Positions 30,877 through 41,530 of a stretch of DNA of 64,000 nucleotides are shown here, piece by piece; the stretch's first letter is position 1, and each line of letters begins with the position of its first letter. The notes below the pieces were generated by a model, which was not told where the DNA came from, searched no databases, and was given only the letters and a program-made list of their open reading frames with translations. The stretch comes from Candidatus Poribacteria bacterium. GTDB lineage: Bacteria > Poribacteria > WGA-4E > WGA-3G. A program made the translations under genes and the position numbers. The stretch spans positions 1,728,001 to 1,792,000 of the forward strand of contig CAXXUA010000005.1 of the NCBI GenBank assembly GCA_963663765.2, in the 5' to 3' direction.

Positions 30877-31146
30877 ATGCAACACACTGATTATACTTCC
30901 GAAGTTGTTGCTATCCGAGGCAAAGAGATTTATCAGCAGCAGATTCGGGAAAAGGTTGAAGCAGAACACAAAGGTAAGTTCTTGTCCGTTGATATTGAGA
31001 CTGGTGACTATGAAATTGATACAGATGATTTATCTCCAACAATGCGCCTGCTTGCTAAACGTCCTAATGCTCCTATTTACAGTTTACGGATTGGGTTCCG
31101 AGCTGCACATCGTATTGGTTCTAAAATTCCATCTACCACAAAATGA
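30877..31146 (+). CDS. Small hypothetical protein of the type paired with clan AA aspartic proteases
   Basis: 'GKEIYQQQIR...GKFLSVDIETGDYEID...RIG'; GAGGAG RBS before ATG 30877; ATGA overlap with the next gene. Confidence 0.7.
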   Translation: MQHTDYTSEVVAIRGKEIYQQQIREKVEAEHKGKFLSVDIETGDYEIDTDDLSPTMRLLAKRPNAPIYSLRIGFRAAHRIGSKIPSTTK

Positions 31147-31520
31147 TTACTGGAAAAGTTACAAATAATCTTGAAGTTGTTGTGGAATTGGTAATCATTG
31201 GTCTAAATCACAAAGAAACGATAGAATGTATTGTTGATACAGGATTCTCTGGTTATTTAGCTCTACCGAGTAGTTTAATTCAGCGTCTCAATCTCAGAAA
31301 AATTGATGACCAAGAGGTGGTCCTCGCTGATGGATCTACAGCAATCATGGAAAAATATCTTGTAAAAGTATTATGGCATGGAGAAGAACGTAGTGTATCA
31401 GCGTTAAGAGCAGACGGTGGTCCAATTTCTGGTATGTTTCTGCTTCATGGAAGTCGCGTAATTTTAGATGTTGTGGAAGATGGCGATGTGAGTATTGACG
31501 CGCTACCACAAATAAGCTGA
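31143..31520 (+). CDS. Clan AA (retropepsin-like) aspartic protease
   Basis: 'IVDTGFSGYLALP', 'LADGS'. Confidence 0.8.
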   Translation: MITGKVTNNLEVVVELVIIGLNHKETIECIVDTGFSGYLALPSSLIQRLNLRKIDDQEVVLADGSTAIMEKYLVKVLWHGEERSVSALRADGGPISGMFLLHGSRVILDVVEDGDVSIDALPQIS

Positions 31521-31546
31521 TTAATTACTGTAAGGATTACTAAGGC

Positions 31547-31915
31547 ATGCAGCAAACAATAGTTTGGATTGTTGTATTAGGTGTTATCGTTCTGGTAGGC
31601 ATCGGCATGTTTTTGTTATTACGTGCTCAGCGCACTGCTCCTAAGACATATCCCGCTGACAAGGGACTAAGCTATATTGATGTCTCCGAGTATCCACAGG
31701 AAATGCAAACACTTTACGACCTTTTTGCTAAGAAATGTAGCAAATGCCATACCGTTGCACGTCCAATTAACTCTGTCTTTGCACCCGAAGAATGGCGAAA
31801 ATATGTGCGTAAAATGATGCGAAAACCTGGTTCTGGCCTCAACCCTAAAACTGCTGAACAGATAATCAAATTCTTAGTCTACGATGCACAACATCGGGAG
31901 AGAAAAACACCATGA
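31547..31915 (+). CDS. Membrane-anchored monoheme c-type cytochrome (copy 2)
   Basis: CSKCH; near-identical to 27825-28193. Confidence 0.85.
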   Translation: MQQTIVWIVVLGVIVLVGIGMFLLLRAQRTAPKTYPADKGLSYIDVSEYPQEMQTLYDLFAKKCSKCHTVARPINSVFAPEEWRKYVRKMMRKPGSGLNPKTAEQIIKFLVYDAQHRERKTP

Positions 31916-32994
31916 TGAAACTGATTCTGACTTCTTGTGTCCTATTGTCTCTTGTTGCCAGTTCCCATGCGGTACCTGTCAAAAAACTTCAAATATTGAT
32001 TGATAGTCAACCTATCGGATTCGACTCCGCACCGATACTCAAAAACAGCGATTGGCTTGTGCCAATAGAACCTATTTGCAAACAGTTGGAATTAAAGGTT
32101 GAGTATCCAGCTGGGGAAGATATGGTAGTTATCTGTGGCGGCGCAGCGTCTGAGTTGTGCGTACCACTACTGCTTGAAAAGGACGTATTCAACATTGATA
32201 ACGTCACTTATGCTAAACTTGAAAACATCACTGAACCGTTCGGTTTTGGCATTTACAAAGCATCAAAAAACCAATTTGAGATTATCCGCCCTGAGCAATT
32301 CCCTCCTCAATTTACGCTTCCTGATCTTGATGATACCCCCAGACGTTTGCAGGATTTTCGCGGTAAGAAGACGCTTTTCTATATATGGGGATCGTGGTGA
32401 GGCTGTCGTGGACAACTGCCAGGATGGCAGAAGTTTTACGCTAACCATCGTGATAAACTCAACCTTGTTACTGTTGCAATTGATGCGCAAGGTGCGTCTG
32501 TAGTCCGTCCTTGGCACGAAAAAGCCAACGCAGAATTCGTCACACTCGTCGATTCACAGAATATATTGGGTAACCTATACGACCTGAAAGCGATTCCCTT
32601 CGGCATGATGGTTGACGAAGCAGGACGAATGGTAAAACCGCCTTTCAGCATAAATGTTGCTAAGAAAGAGACAATTGCAATGCTGGAAAAATGGTTATCC
32701 GATCCCACCTATAACGCTACATTACTCGGCAGTGTGAAACCGAGAAAGAAATCCAAAAACCCAAAGATTGTTGAAGCCAATGCTCGCTTTCAACTCGGTC
32801 GGACCTTGTTAGAAATAGGGAAAACGGCGGAGGCAATGAAGGAGTGGCGAAAAGCTTTGGCTTTAGACCCGAAGAACTGGATTATCCACAAGCAGATTTG
32901 GGCAGTTGAACATCCCGATAAGTTTTATGATGGTAATGTTGACTACGGATGGCAAAAGGCACAGTTAGAAGCAGAAAAAGAGAACGGAAATTAA
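31912..32994 (+). CDS. Selenocysteine-containing ResA/TlpA-like protein (copy 2)
   Basis: In-frame TGA at 32398-32400, identical SECIS-like hairpin, continuous frame to 32994. Confidence 0.85.
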
Positions 32995-33173
32995 ATATCG
33001 GTTTCAGGTTTATGGCGAATTACTGAAACGATTAGTCCCTTCTTCCGTAGGTCGGATAGAGGGACGAAACCCGTATTGGTGTAGGCAGATTCATTCACGA
33101 TATCAGGTACTGGTTTATCCGTTTCACCGAAAGCGAAGTTAGCGACTTCATGGGGGCAAATCAAGCAGCAAAA

Positions 33174-35330
33174 ATGAATTACTTGGTACAGGTTAATATC
33201 TTTACTTTGCAGCAATGGAGTCAAACCGTATTTATAACGTTGTTGCTATGCTTTGGTATCTCTACTGGATTCTGCCAAACACAAAATGTTGGCACAATTC
33301 AGGGGCAGGTAACACACAACCAGAATAACCCTCTCTCCGGATACACCGTTTCAGTAGTTTCGCAAACAGACAACATAACTTATGCTGCGAAAACCAATTC
33401 AGGTGGGCAGTTTGCCCTTAAAAACCTTTCTGTTGGTACTTGGGATGTGAAAGTGCGACACTACAGTACATTACTTGCGGAACGTAAAGTTAAGGTTACT
33501 GAAAAAACTGAAGTGAACGCAGATTTTGTGATTGAAGGGACAGGGGGTATTTCGGGATTTCTGCTTGATTCCGATAACAAACTTCCGCTGCCGATTTCTG
33601 GAGAGATAGAGGTCGGTCTCCTCATCCCTGACGATGAGTGGATAGATAGAACATACCAAGGAGAAATATCAAACGGGTATTTTGAAGTCAAAAATCTGTT
33701 ATCGGGACGTTATGTGATTGTTGATGTTTTTGACGGTTATGTTTTTGCTGTGTCCGATTCGCCTGTGATTAAAGTATATCCGAGCAGTCATGTCGGGGGT
33801 GTGGAGGTGCTTTTGAAACCGGGGGCATCTCTCTCTGGTCGTTTTGTTGATGCTGAAAACGGTAAGCCTATCTCTGAAGTTGCTGTCAGTGTAGCATCGG
33901 AAAAGAGCGAAAGCATATATTCAGAAGGTCTTTTCTTGCATGATACGGAAACAGATGTAAACGGTGAATTCCGCATCACAGCACCGAACGACTCAGAAAC
34001 CTATTATGCCTTTACAATGATTGCATCACATCCCCGCTATCAGACACACCGTTGGCGGCGGGATATGTCTCCTGAGAAAAATACATACAATTTAGGTGAG
34101 CTCACGTTCAACCCTTTCCTCTCATTGGCAGGCAGCGTTACTGCTTCAAAATCAAGGCAGACAGTGGACAAACTCAAGGTGCAGTTAAAAATGCACAACA
34201 AACCTGCTGACTTTTTTCGTGCAGGTGCGCAGCCTGAACACATTGTGCGAACTGACACGTCCGGCAATTTTCTCTTCACTGAACTGCATCCGATTGAATA
34301 CAGTTTGACAATTTACCAAAATGATGTTATTATTGGACTCTTAGAGTCGGTCAATCCGCAAAGCAGAAAACACCTAAAAATCCGACTACAGCCACTGAAA
34401 ATGTTACAAGGAACAGTTGTTGATACGCAGGAACGTCCGATTGCTGATGCACAACTCTACGCAATTCGGCGCAGCGAAAGTCCGCATGGACATGGTGCGA
34501 TTCTTTCCGTGACACAAACGGATGCAAAAGGTGCTTTCCACATGCAACTGTTAGGGACAAAGCCACACCTTCTGTCTGTGGAAGCCTCCAAAAAAGGTTA
34601 TCTTTCAAGAGTATATCCAAATGTTGAAATCGATCAGGAACCGATGGTTATTCCTCTACAAGAGGGATTTCAGATTAAGGGGCGTATTATATTTCCGCAG
34701 GATGTGTCGTCGGATGGATACTATCAAGTCAATGTCTTTCCAAAAGATACTAAAATGGCAATGACGTTGAACGCGCTTACACTGAACCGACCGCTGCTAT
34801 CAAGGCGATATCCTCTCACGGAACCGACATTCATGTTGGATGGTCTTTTTGAAGAAGAATATACACTTTACATCACTGGGGACGGTGTTGCTGCGACAAA
34901 AACTGATGTGAAGGCATCAGCAAATAGGGATGAAATATTGATTGTCGCGGATAGACCAACAGTGGAAATAAAGGGACAGGTATTTTGGGCAGGGACGAAC
35001 AAACCTGTGCATAACGCGTTAGTGTCGCGCTCTTGGTATCCGTGGGACTTGAGTCAATACGATATGTCCATGACCTTAGATCGTTTTGAAACAGAAGCAG
35101 ATGCTGAGGGGAAATTCTCGTTTTCAAATTTAACGCAAGGACGTTATCAGTTACAAATTCGTGCTGTTCAATCCACATTTGACAAGGAGACTCAGGCATA
35201 TCAACGCGCATATATCCAGAAACTGGTTACAATGCCTGTCTGTAGTAATAACATCCAACGTATCTATCTTGGGAAAGCGGATGGCACACCATTTGCTACC
35301 GTATATCCACAAAAAAGTGAAACAGAATAA
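33174..35330 (+). CDS. Secreted protein with multiple carboxypeptidase-regulatory-like (prealbumin-fold) domains
   Basis: Repeated 'G.I.G.V.D....P....V...T...G.F...L..G.Y' units; signal-like N-terminus; start uncertain. Confidence 0.75.
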   Translation: MNYLVQVNIFTLQQWSQTVFITLLLCFGISTGFCQTQNVGTIQGQVTHNQNNPLSGYTVSVVSQTDNITYAAKTNSGGQFALKNLSVGTWDVKVRHYSTLLAERKVKVTEKTEVNADFVIEGTGGISGFLLDSDNKLPLPISGEIEVGLLIPDDEWIDRTYQGEISNGYFEVKNLLSGRYVIVDVFDGYVFAVSDSPVIKVYPSSHVGGVEVLLKPGASLSGRFVDAENGKPISEVAVSVASEKSESIYSEGLFLHDTETDVNGEFRITAPNDSETYYAFTMIASHPRYQTHRWRRDMSPEKNTYNLGELTFNPFLSLAGSVTASKSRQTVDKLKVQLKMHNKPADFFRAGAQPEHIVRTDTSGNFLFTELHPIEYSLTIYQNDVIIGLLESVNPQSRKHLKIRLQPLKMLQGTVVDTQERPIADAQLYAIRRSESPHGHGAILSVTQTDAKGAFHMQLLGTKPHLLSVEASKKGYLSRVYPNVEIDQEPMVIPLQEGFQIKGRIIFPQDVSSDGYYQVNVFPKDTKMAMTLNALTLNRPLLSRRYPLTEPTFMLDGLFEEEYTLYITGDGVAATKTDVKASANRDEILIVADRPTVEIKGQVFWAGTNKPVHNALVSRSWYPWDLSQYDMSMTLDRFETEADAEGKFSFSNLTQGRYQLQIRAVQSTFDKETQAYQRAYIQKLVTMPVCSNNIQRIYLGKADGTPFATVYPQKSETE

Positions 35331-35671
35331 GGAGGTATATTGTCAGATTACGCATTGAGTCGCGCGGGAATATACGAAGATTATCCATAATCATGATTTA
35401 TTTTGCTGATACGAATATTTTATTAAGTAAGAAGTTCTCTATTCTTGTGTAAGTGAAACCTTGGATGTTCTAATTCCTTCAGATGGCACCTTTATTGTAG
35501 GGGCGGGGGTTTCCCCGATCGATTGGTAGTTCGTTTACACGGGCAAGGCAACCCCGCCCCTACGATGTGTGTGAGGATTAGCTGGCTTTAATTGATGTCT
35601 ATGTGGGTTTCACAGGCTCTATCCGACCTACGAATAATGCCAGATCATCATATAGAAATGGTATAATTAGC

Positions 35672-36355
35672 ATGACACACACTTTGAAATTGTACATCAC
35701 AATTATTATGCTCCTTTTCATACATGGCATCGTGTTTGCAGTTACTTGGCAAGATGACTTTGACCAAGTTACAGGGGATAACTGGCAACTGCAAGGCACA
35801 GATTCTCTGTGGCAGATTGAGGACGGAACACTAAAAGCAGGTATCCAGACTGAGAAGCAGTGGCGTACCTTATTTGAACTTTACCGATATAACGCATTCA
35901 CCGGCCCTTATGATACCTTTACAATAACGTTGGAAAATATCGGTGCGTCAGGAGAAGTTCGATTTGGGATCGCACTCGGAAAGCATTTTTATAACGATGA
36001 TGGGGAAATAGAGGAGACAGGTTATTATCTGTTTTTCACAAACGATATGCAAGCCTCACGGGATGGTAGAATATTTCTTGGTCCTGGGAAACGGTGGGAC
36101 ACTGACGTGCTTGATGAATTGTCTCTCCAGTTTGATGGTGGAAGGTTTCAGTTGTTCGGTGATGGAGAAACTCGTATGGATTTTACGGATGCCAACCTAC
36201 CCAAAATTGATATTATCGGTTTTGTCCTCGTCGGCTATGTTACAGATAGGGTGAATACGGGTGAGGCATGGGTAGAAAAGATTACGATTTCTGGTCTTGC
36301 TGTGTCACCTAAAGAAAAATTAACGACTATTTGGGGACATCTTAAACGGGAATAG
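35672..36355 (+). CDS. Secreted beta-sandwich protein with C-terminal 'AVSPKEKLTTIWGHLK' tail
   Basis: Signal peptide; 'TWQDDFD...W...DG.L'; paralogous to 37693-38388. Confidence 0.7.
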   Translation: MTHTLKLYITIIMLLFIHGIVFAVTWQDDFDQVTGDNWQLQGTDSLWQIEDGTLKAGIQTEKQWRTLFELYRYNAFTGPYDTFTITLENIGASGEVRFGIALGKHFYNDDGEIEETGYYLFFTNDMQASRDGRIFLGPGKRWDTDVLDELSLQFDGGRFQLFGDGETRMDFTDANLPKIDIIGFVLVGYVTDRVNTGEAWVEKITISGLAVSPKEKLTTIWGHLKRE

Positions 36356-36368
36356 GGATTCAGAAAAT

Positions 36369-37130
36369 ATGTTGCGAAAGAATTTAGATCTGATTTTCAA
36401 TGGATTATTGCTATTGATTGTATTGGGTATTGCGTTCTGGAGTACGTTTGCGAAAGCGAAGTTGAATTCAAACGAACGCGCGGAACCCTCTGCATCGGGT
36501 GCATACTATCGGACTCCCGGCAAAAATGGTAAGTGGTTCGGTTCCGAAATAAACTCATTAACGTTGTGTAAGGGTGTGCATAACCAATTTAACAATAGAG
36601 GATTTTTTGACATTACAGAAACGATTGAGAATGCCGTTGTGTCCAAGTCAAAAATCAATGGTGCTTTACATTGGTACCGGCGACAGAAATGGGTATTTGC
36701 AGACGAGAATACACCTTGGGGAACAAAAGAATCTATTATTACACTCCGTGATGACATGGGTTGGAGTGAAATCAGTCGTGGTACTGGCACCACGGGGTAT
36801 CCTTGGAGCGGCATTGAAAGACATTGGCGGGACGACAACATTATCAGATCACAATCCTCTGTGATGGGATGGCGGCAGTATGCGCGTGGAAAAGATCGGT
36901 GGATATGTCCAATGTATTACAAAATTGGTGGGTGGCAAGGTGATAGCCTTGAGGTGCATTGCAAAACGCTTAAAACCTGGTTTCCACCTGACTGGAACGT
37001 CTTGGTACAGAGGAAAGGTGACTTCGGTTCACCCGTTGAGCGTAAACCTGGGGTCATCAGTCGGAAAGGGAAACGCACAAACCGTTGGTACGATTGTATC
37101 AAAATCCTGGACTCGAGCACCGAACGGTAG
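36369..37130 (+). CDS. Hypothetical secreted/membrane-anchored protein (W/G/R-rich)
   Basis: 253-aa ORF with N-terminal hydrophobic helix; no recognised motif. Confidence 0.55.
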   Translation: MLRKNLDLIFNGLLLLIVLGIAFWSTFAKAKLNSNERAEPSASGAYYRTPGKNGKWFGSEINSLTLCKGVHNQFNNRGFFDITETIENAVVSKSKINGALHWYRRQKWVFADENTPWGTKESIITLRDDMGWSEISRGTGTTGYPWSGIERHWRDDNIIRSQSSVMGWRQYARGKDRWICPMYYKIGGWQGDSLEVHCKTLKTWFPPDWNVLVQRKGDFGSPVERKPGVISRKGKRTNRWYDCIKILDSSTER

Positions 37131-37244
37131 ACGCGCTTTGTAAGCGTGCAGGCAACCAAAAAAAGTAGAATATTACATTATTTTCGTCATAATTCTTGAT
37201 TATAGTAAAACCCATAATTATTTGCACATGCGGCACGGAACGCA

Positions 37245-37589
37245 GGGGTTGGGTAACCCAACCCCATAAGCGTCAATTTAAGGATTTTGACCTCTTGTGG
37301 GAGGGGTTTTCAACCCCGATTTTACGCGCTTTTCCTCTCAAATCGGGGTTGAAAACCCCTCCCACAAGAGAATATGCCAACACTTTTTTCTTAAGTTGAC
37401 ACCTATGGGGTTGGGTAACCCAACCCCATAAGCGTCAATTTAAGGATTTTGACCTCTTGTGGGAGGGGTTTTCAACCCCGATTTTACGCGCTTTTCCTCT
37501 CAAATCGGGGTTGAAAACCCCTCCCACAAGAGAATATGCCAACACTTTTTTCTTAAGTTGACACCTATGGGGTTGGGTAACCCAACCCC
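37245..37589. mobile_element. Two tandem family-C MITEs (37266-37406, 37428-37568) separated and flanked by three copies of the palindrome GGGGTTGGGTAACCCAACCCC
   Basis: IRs ATA(G/A)G(T/C)GTCAA(C/T)TTAAG...CTTAAGTTGACACCTAT; 162-bp periodicity. Confidence 0.85.
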
Positions 37590-37692
37590 TACAAATGTAT
37601 TATGTAAGATCCTATAGCGGAGTGTAAACATATTTTCGGATGCTACTATAAAACATGAAAACTGCGAAAGTCCTGAAAATCAATTGAATCTT

Positions 37693-38388
37693 ATGTCAAA
37701 CCGCGTATTATCAATATTCATATTAGTCTTTATCTGCAACACTATTTCCGTATCTGCTGAGATATGGACTGATGATTTCACTGTTGAGAATCCAGATGCA
37801 TGGACGAAAGTTGGCAACAGTAGAGTATGGAAAGTCGTTGATGGATTTTTACGCGTTGAAGTCAATCGTGACTGGGGCGTTGAATACGATCTCTACCAAC
37901 TTACTGCGTTCCCCGCACCCTACCGAGATTTTGCTATAAAGATAAAGGATTTTGGTGGAGACAAGTTGCGTTTCGGTTTGTGTGTTGGCAGGACGTTCCC
38001 TGATACACCCGAAGAAGATCCGTTCTTTTATGTGTTCTTTCCTGACGAAATTAGAACCAGACGATTTAATGGTAAAGGGAGTAGCCATCCTTTTCAAACT
38101 CGGTTGTCACGTGAACCTCGAACACGGTGGCATACGGATGTCTTGACTGAAATGGAATTGCATTTTAATTCGGGTCTATTTGTGCTTTTTGCTGACGGAC
38201 AATTCCGGACGAAATTCCGTGACCGCAACTTCAATAAAATTGATATCCTCGGATTTGTCGTGGAAGGAATTACCATCGCTAATCAATGGGTCGGTGAGGG
38301 ATGGGTGGATTCTTTCACGATTTCTGGACTAAACGTTTCGCCTGAGGTAAAAGTGACATCAATGTGGTCGCAGCTCAAGAGCAGATAA
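37693..38388 (+). CDS. Secreted beta-sandwich protein with C-terminal 'VSPEVKVTSMWSQLKSR' tail
   Basis: Signal peptide; shares 'W.DDF', 'RFG...G..F', 'GE.WV...TISGL.VSP' with 35672-36355. Confidence 0.7.
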   Translation: MSNRVLSIFILVFICNTISVSAEIWTDDFTVENPDAWTKVGNSRVWKVVDGFLRVEVNRDWGVEYDLYQLTAFPAPYRDFAIKIKDFGGDKLRFGLCVGRTFPDTPEEDPFFYVFFPDEIRTRRFNGKGSSHPFQTRLSREPRTRWHTDVLTEMELHFNSGLFVLFADGQFRTKFRDRNFNKIDILGFVVEGITIANQWVGEGWVDSFTISGLNVSPEVKVTSMWSQLKSR

Positions 38389-38897
38389 TGCAAACCAATC
38401 AGAAAGCATCTCAGAGGAATAGTCATAACAACTCTGAACATAGAGTAGCGAAACAAATTCTGAAGGAATTGTTAACTGTCTGTATTTGGATCGTTGTTGG
38501 CGCCTTAACGCTCTGGGGTGCGGATGGGTTCGGACTCCTGTATTCCTCCTCCCCTTCTATTCCATATAACGTTTCTTCTCAAGTAGATTTTCCCGGAGTC
38601 TACCAAATATGGCAAAGTAATGATGCCGTTTTCGTGGACACCCGTTCCTCAGCAAGTTTCCGTCAAGGTCATATTCCCGGTGCAATTAATGTCCCCATCA
38701 ATCGTGTTGTGCAGTATTTAGACCGCCTACCCACAGACAAAGAAACGCGTTTAATTACATATTGCGGAAGTATTGCATGTCCAAACGCTTTTCAACTGAT
38801 GAACGTTTTGTTGGGTAAAGGCTACGTGAACGTTAGGTTTTTTCCACGTGGATTGCGAGATTGGCATGCAATGGGATACCCAATAGAAACAGAATGA
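38388..38897 (+). CDS. Rhodanese-like domain membrane protein
   Basis: 'FVDTRSSASFRQGHIPGAINVP', 'ITYCGSIAC'; TAATG overlap. Confidence 0.85.
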   Translation: MQTNQKASQRNSHNNSEHRVAKQILKELLTVCIWIVVGALTLWGADGFGLLYSSSPSIPYNVSSQVDFPGVYQIWQSNDAVFVDTRSSASFRQGHIPGAINVPINRVVQYLDRLPTDKETRLITYCGSIACPNAFQLMNVLLGKGYVNVRFFPRGLRDWHAMGYPIETE

Positions 38898-39406
38898 CAC
38901 CTTTATCGTTGCTCATAACAGGAATAAGAATAATCCTTGGGTTCATCTTACTTTTGTCGGGTGTTGCTAAACTGACAGATATCAGTGCTTTTCTAACAAA
39001 TGTAAATGCTTACCAGATACTACCGATAGGATTGGTAAAACCGATGAGTTTCTTATTGGTTTCTGCTGAGATTACGATTGGATCGGCATTGTGCATCGGC
39101 TATTTTTCGCGTGGTGCTGCTATCCTGTCGGCTTTTCTTTTTTTCATCTTCGCTGTTGTATTGGTAAATGTGTTGTGGCGAGATTTACCGATTGCTGATT
39201 GTGGATGTAGCAATTTTCTGTTTAGTTTCTTGGATGTCTTGGGATTGTCAATATCAGGAATACCGAACTGGAAGATGGTTTTTGCGGATGTGGTTTTGTC
39301 GGTGACAAGTATTGGTGTCGTTTGTTCATCACAGCAGGGGTATGGTCTGGAGTCGCTAATCCGAAACCTGCAAGATAGAAAAGACAATATCACGGATTGC
39401 TGGTGA
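38894..39406 (+). CDS. MauE/DoxX family redox-associated membrane protein
   Basis: 'RIILGFILLLSGVAKL', 'AYQILP', 'DCGC'; ATGA overlap with rhodanese. Confidence 0.8.
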   Translation: MTPLSLLITGIRIILGFILLLSGVAKLTDISAFLTNVNAYQILPIGLVKPMSFLLVSAEITIGSALCIGYFSRGAAILSAFLFFIFAVVLVNVLWRDLPIADCGCSNFLFSFLDVLGLSISGIPNWKMVFADVVLSVTSIGVVCSSQQGYGLESLIRNLQDRKDNITDCW

Positions 39407-40118
39407 TCGCGTCGGCACGAAGGACTTCATAATAAGGTAAACACTCGGACAAAACAGTTTCTAATGCCTTTGGGAAAGGTTCGCGCTTTGGTTGGTATGG
39501 AGCAAATCCTTCACTACGATGCACATTATGATACCAATGCGGTGCCCACACTCCATCTGATGGGTGTCCCCCCTGTTCCCACGACAACATAGTCTCTTCA
39601 AACGGAAGTCCTAACCGATTACAAAGCGTTAACAGGACATGCTTCGGTGCAAGTAGCAGTTCTCGTGCATCCAATATAGGCGGAGATTGTCCTATCTCTT
39701 GCAATTGCAATAACAGATCTGCTTGTGTCTTTAAGCCAGTGTCCTTCAACATTGGAATGCCGATAACTTTTGTTAGGGAGGGAAGCATCTCTTTTGGATC
39801 GCGGATGAGGAAGATATTGACCGTTTCCCGCATGAAGTCCCTGTCTATTTCAACGAGATGGTGTGCCATTTGCTTCATAAAGAGGACAGGTTTTGAACAT
39901 GTTCCGAGGATAATGTCACGGATGACTTCAGCACCATCAATCGGTAAAGATGCCATCACCGCTTCGCGTCCAGGATGCATTGCACCACTGACATGCAGGT
40001 AGTGTGCATATAACGGTTCATCAATGATTTCGGTGTCACTACGTTGTCCGAACGCATACATTACGGCAGTTGATATGTTTCGCGGCCCTGACCAAAGACA
40101 GATTCGTTTTGTATTCAT
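39390..40118 (-). CDS. Sulfotransferase-like P-loop protein
   Basis: 'WSGPRNISTA', 'DEPLY', 'KQMAHH', 'FLIRDP', 'DGVWAPHWY'. Confidence 0.8.
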   Translation of the reverse strand: MNTKRICLWSGPRNISTAVMYAFGQRSDTEIIDEPLYAHYLHVSGAMHPGREAVMASLPIDGAEVIRDIILGTCSKPVLFMKQMAHHLVEIDRDFMRETVNIFLIRDPKEMLPSLTKVIGIPMLKDTGLKTQADLLLQLQEIGQSPPILDARELLLAPKHVLLTLCNRLGLPFEETMLSWEQGGHPSDGVWAPHWYHNVHRSEGFAPYQPKREPFPKALETVLSECLPYYEVLRADAITSNP

Positions 40119-40344
40119 GTGTTTTCCTTACATTTATAGTATACTGATTGCTGCTTCATAAGTCAAGTGTTTGGAACAGGGATTAGGGATAGGGTGTGTA
40201 AAGTTTTTGCACAAACTGCTCATTCTCCATTGTAGGGCGGGGTCTCTGTGCCCTGCCGCAACTGATTAAATAAGAGATTGCGGGAACAGGACCCATAGGT
40301 GTTGTCAACATAAGGAAATATTGTTAATATCAACCATACTCTTC

Positions 40345-40790
40345 AGTCCCGTAGGGACGATATGTTTATAGAAAACAAATACCCTCATCATTCTTCAGTC
40401 CCGTAGGGACGATATGTTTATAGAAAACGAATACCCTCCACAGTTCTTCAGTCCCGTAGGGACGATATGTTTATAGAAAACGAATACCCTCCACAGTTCT
40501 TTAGTCCCGTAGGGACGATATGTTTATAGAAAACAAATACCCTCCACAGTTCTTCAGTCCCGTAGGGACGATATGTTTATAGAAAACGAATACCCTCCAC
40601 AGTTCTTCAGTCCCGTAGGGACGATATGTTTATAGAAAACGAATACCCTCCACAGTTCTTCAGTCCCGTAGGGACGATATGTTTATAGAAAACGAATACC
40701 CTCCACAGTTCTTCAGTCCCGTAGGGACGATATGTTTATAGAAAACGAATACCCTCCACAGTTCTTCAGTCCCGTAGGGACGATATGTTT
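40345..40790. repeat. Tandem 52-53-bp GTAGGGACG repeat (8 full units); related 52-bp array at 41750-42035
   Basis: Unit starts 40351, 40403, 40456, 40509, 40562, 40615, 40668, 40721, 40774. Confidence 0.9.
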
Positions 40791-40947
40791 ATTCTTCTAT
40801 GTCGTTCCTACGGAACTCAAGTGGGGTGGAAAACATTTTTTATAAACATATCGTCCCTAATGAAGATTAAAAAATACTTTGGGTAATTCTACTAATCCGG
40901 CTACGGTAGGCGGGGAATGCCTAAATGGCATTCATACCGTTGATTTG

Positions 40948-41530
40948 GTGCTTTGTCCGCGCACCCCCCAACTGCAGGCGTGCTTTGTCCGCGCACCATC
41001 CAACTGCCTCCCAACTGCCACCCAACTGCAGGCGTGCTTTGTAAGCGCGCCAACCAACTGCCACCCAACTGCCACCCAACTGCCACCCAACTGCAGGCGT
41101 GCTTTGTCCGCGCACCAACCAACTGCCACCCAACTGCCAACCAACTGCAGGCGTGCTTTGTAAGCGCGCCAACCAACTGCAGGCGTGCTTTGTCCGCGCA
41201 CCACCCAACTGCCAACCAACTGCCAACCAACTGCAGGCGTGCTTTGTCCGCGCACCAACCAACTGCCAACAACTGCCAACCAACTGCAGGCGTGCTTTGT
41301 AAGCGCGCCAACCAACTGCAGGCGTGCTTTGTCCGCGCACCACCCAACTGCCTCCCAACTGCCCCCCAACTGCAGGCGTGCTTTGTAAGCGCGCCAACCA
41401 ACTGCAGGCGTGCTTTGTAAGCGCGCCAACCAACTGCCACCCAATTGCCACCCAACTGCAGGCGTGCTTTGTCCACGCACCACCCAACTGCCACCCAACT
41501 GCAGGCGTGCTTTGTCCGCGCACCCCCGCC
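40948..41530. repeat. Irregular tandem repeat of CTGCAGGCGTGCTTTGT(CC/AA)GCGC and CCAACTGCCAC units
   Basis: Direct inspection; overlapping ORFs in all frames are artefacts. Confidence 0.85.
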
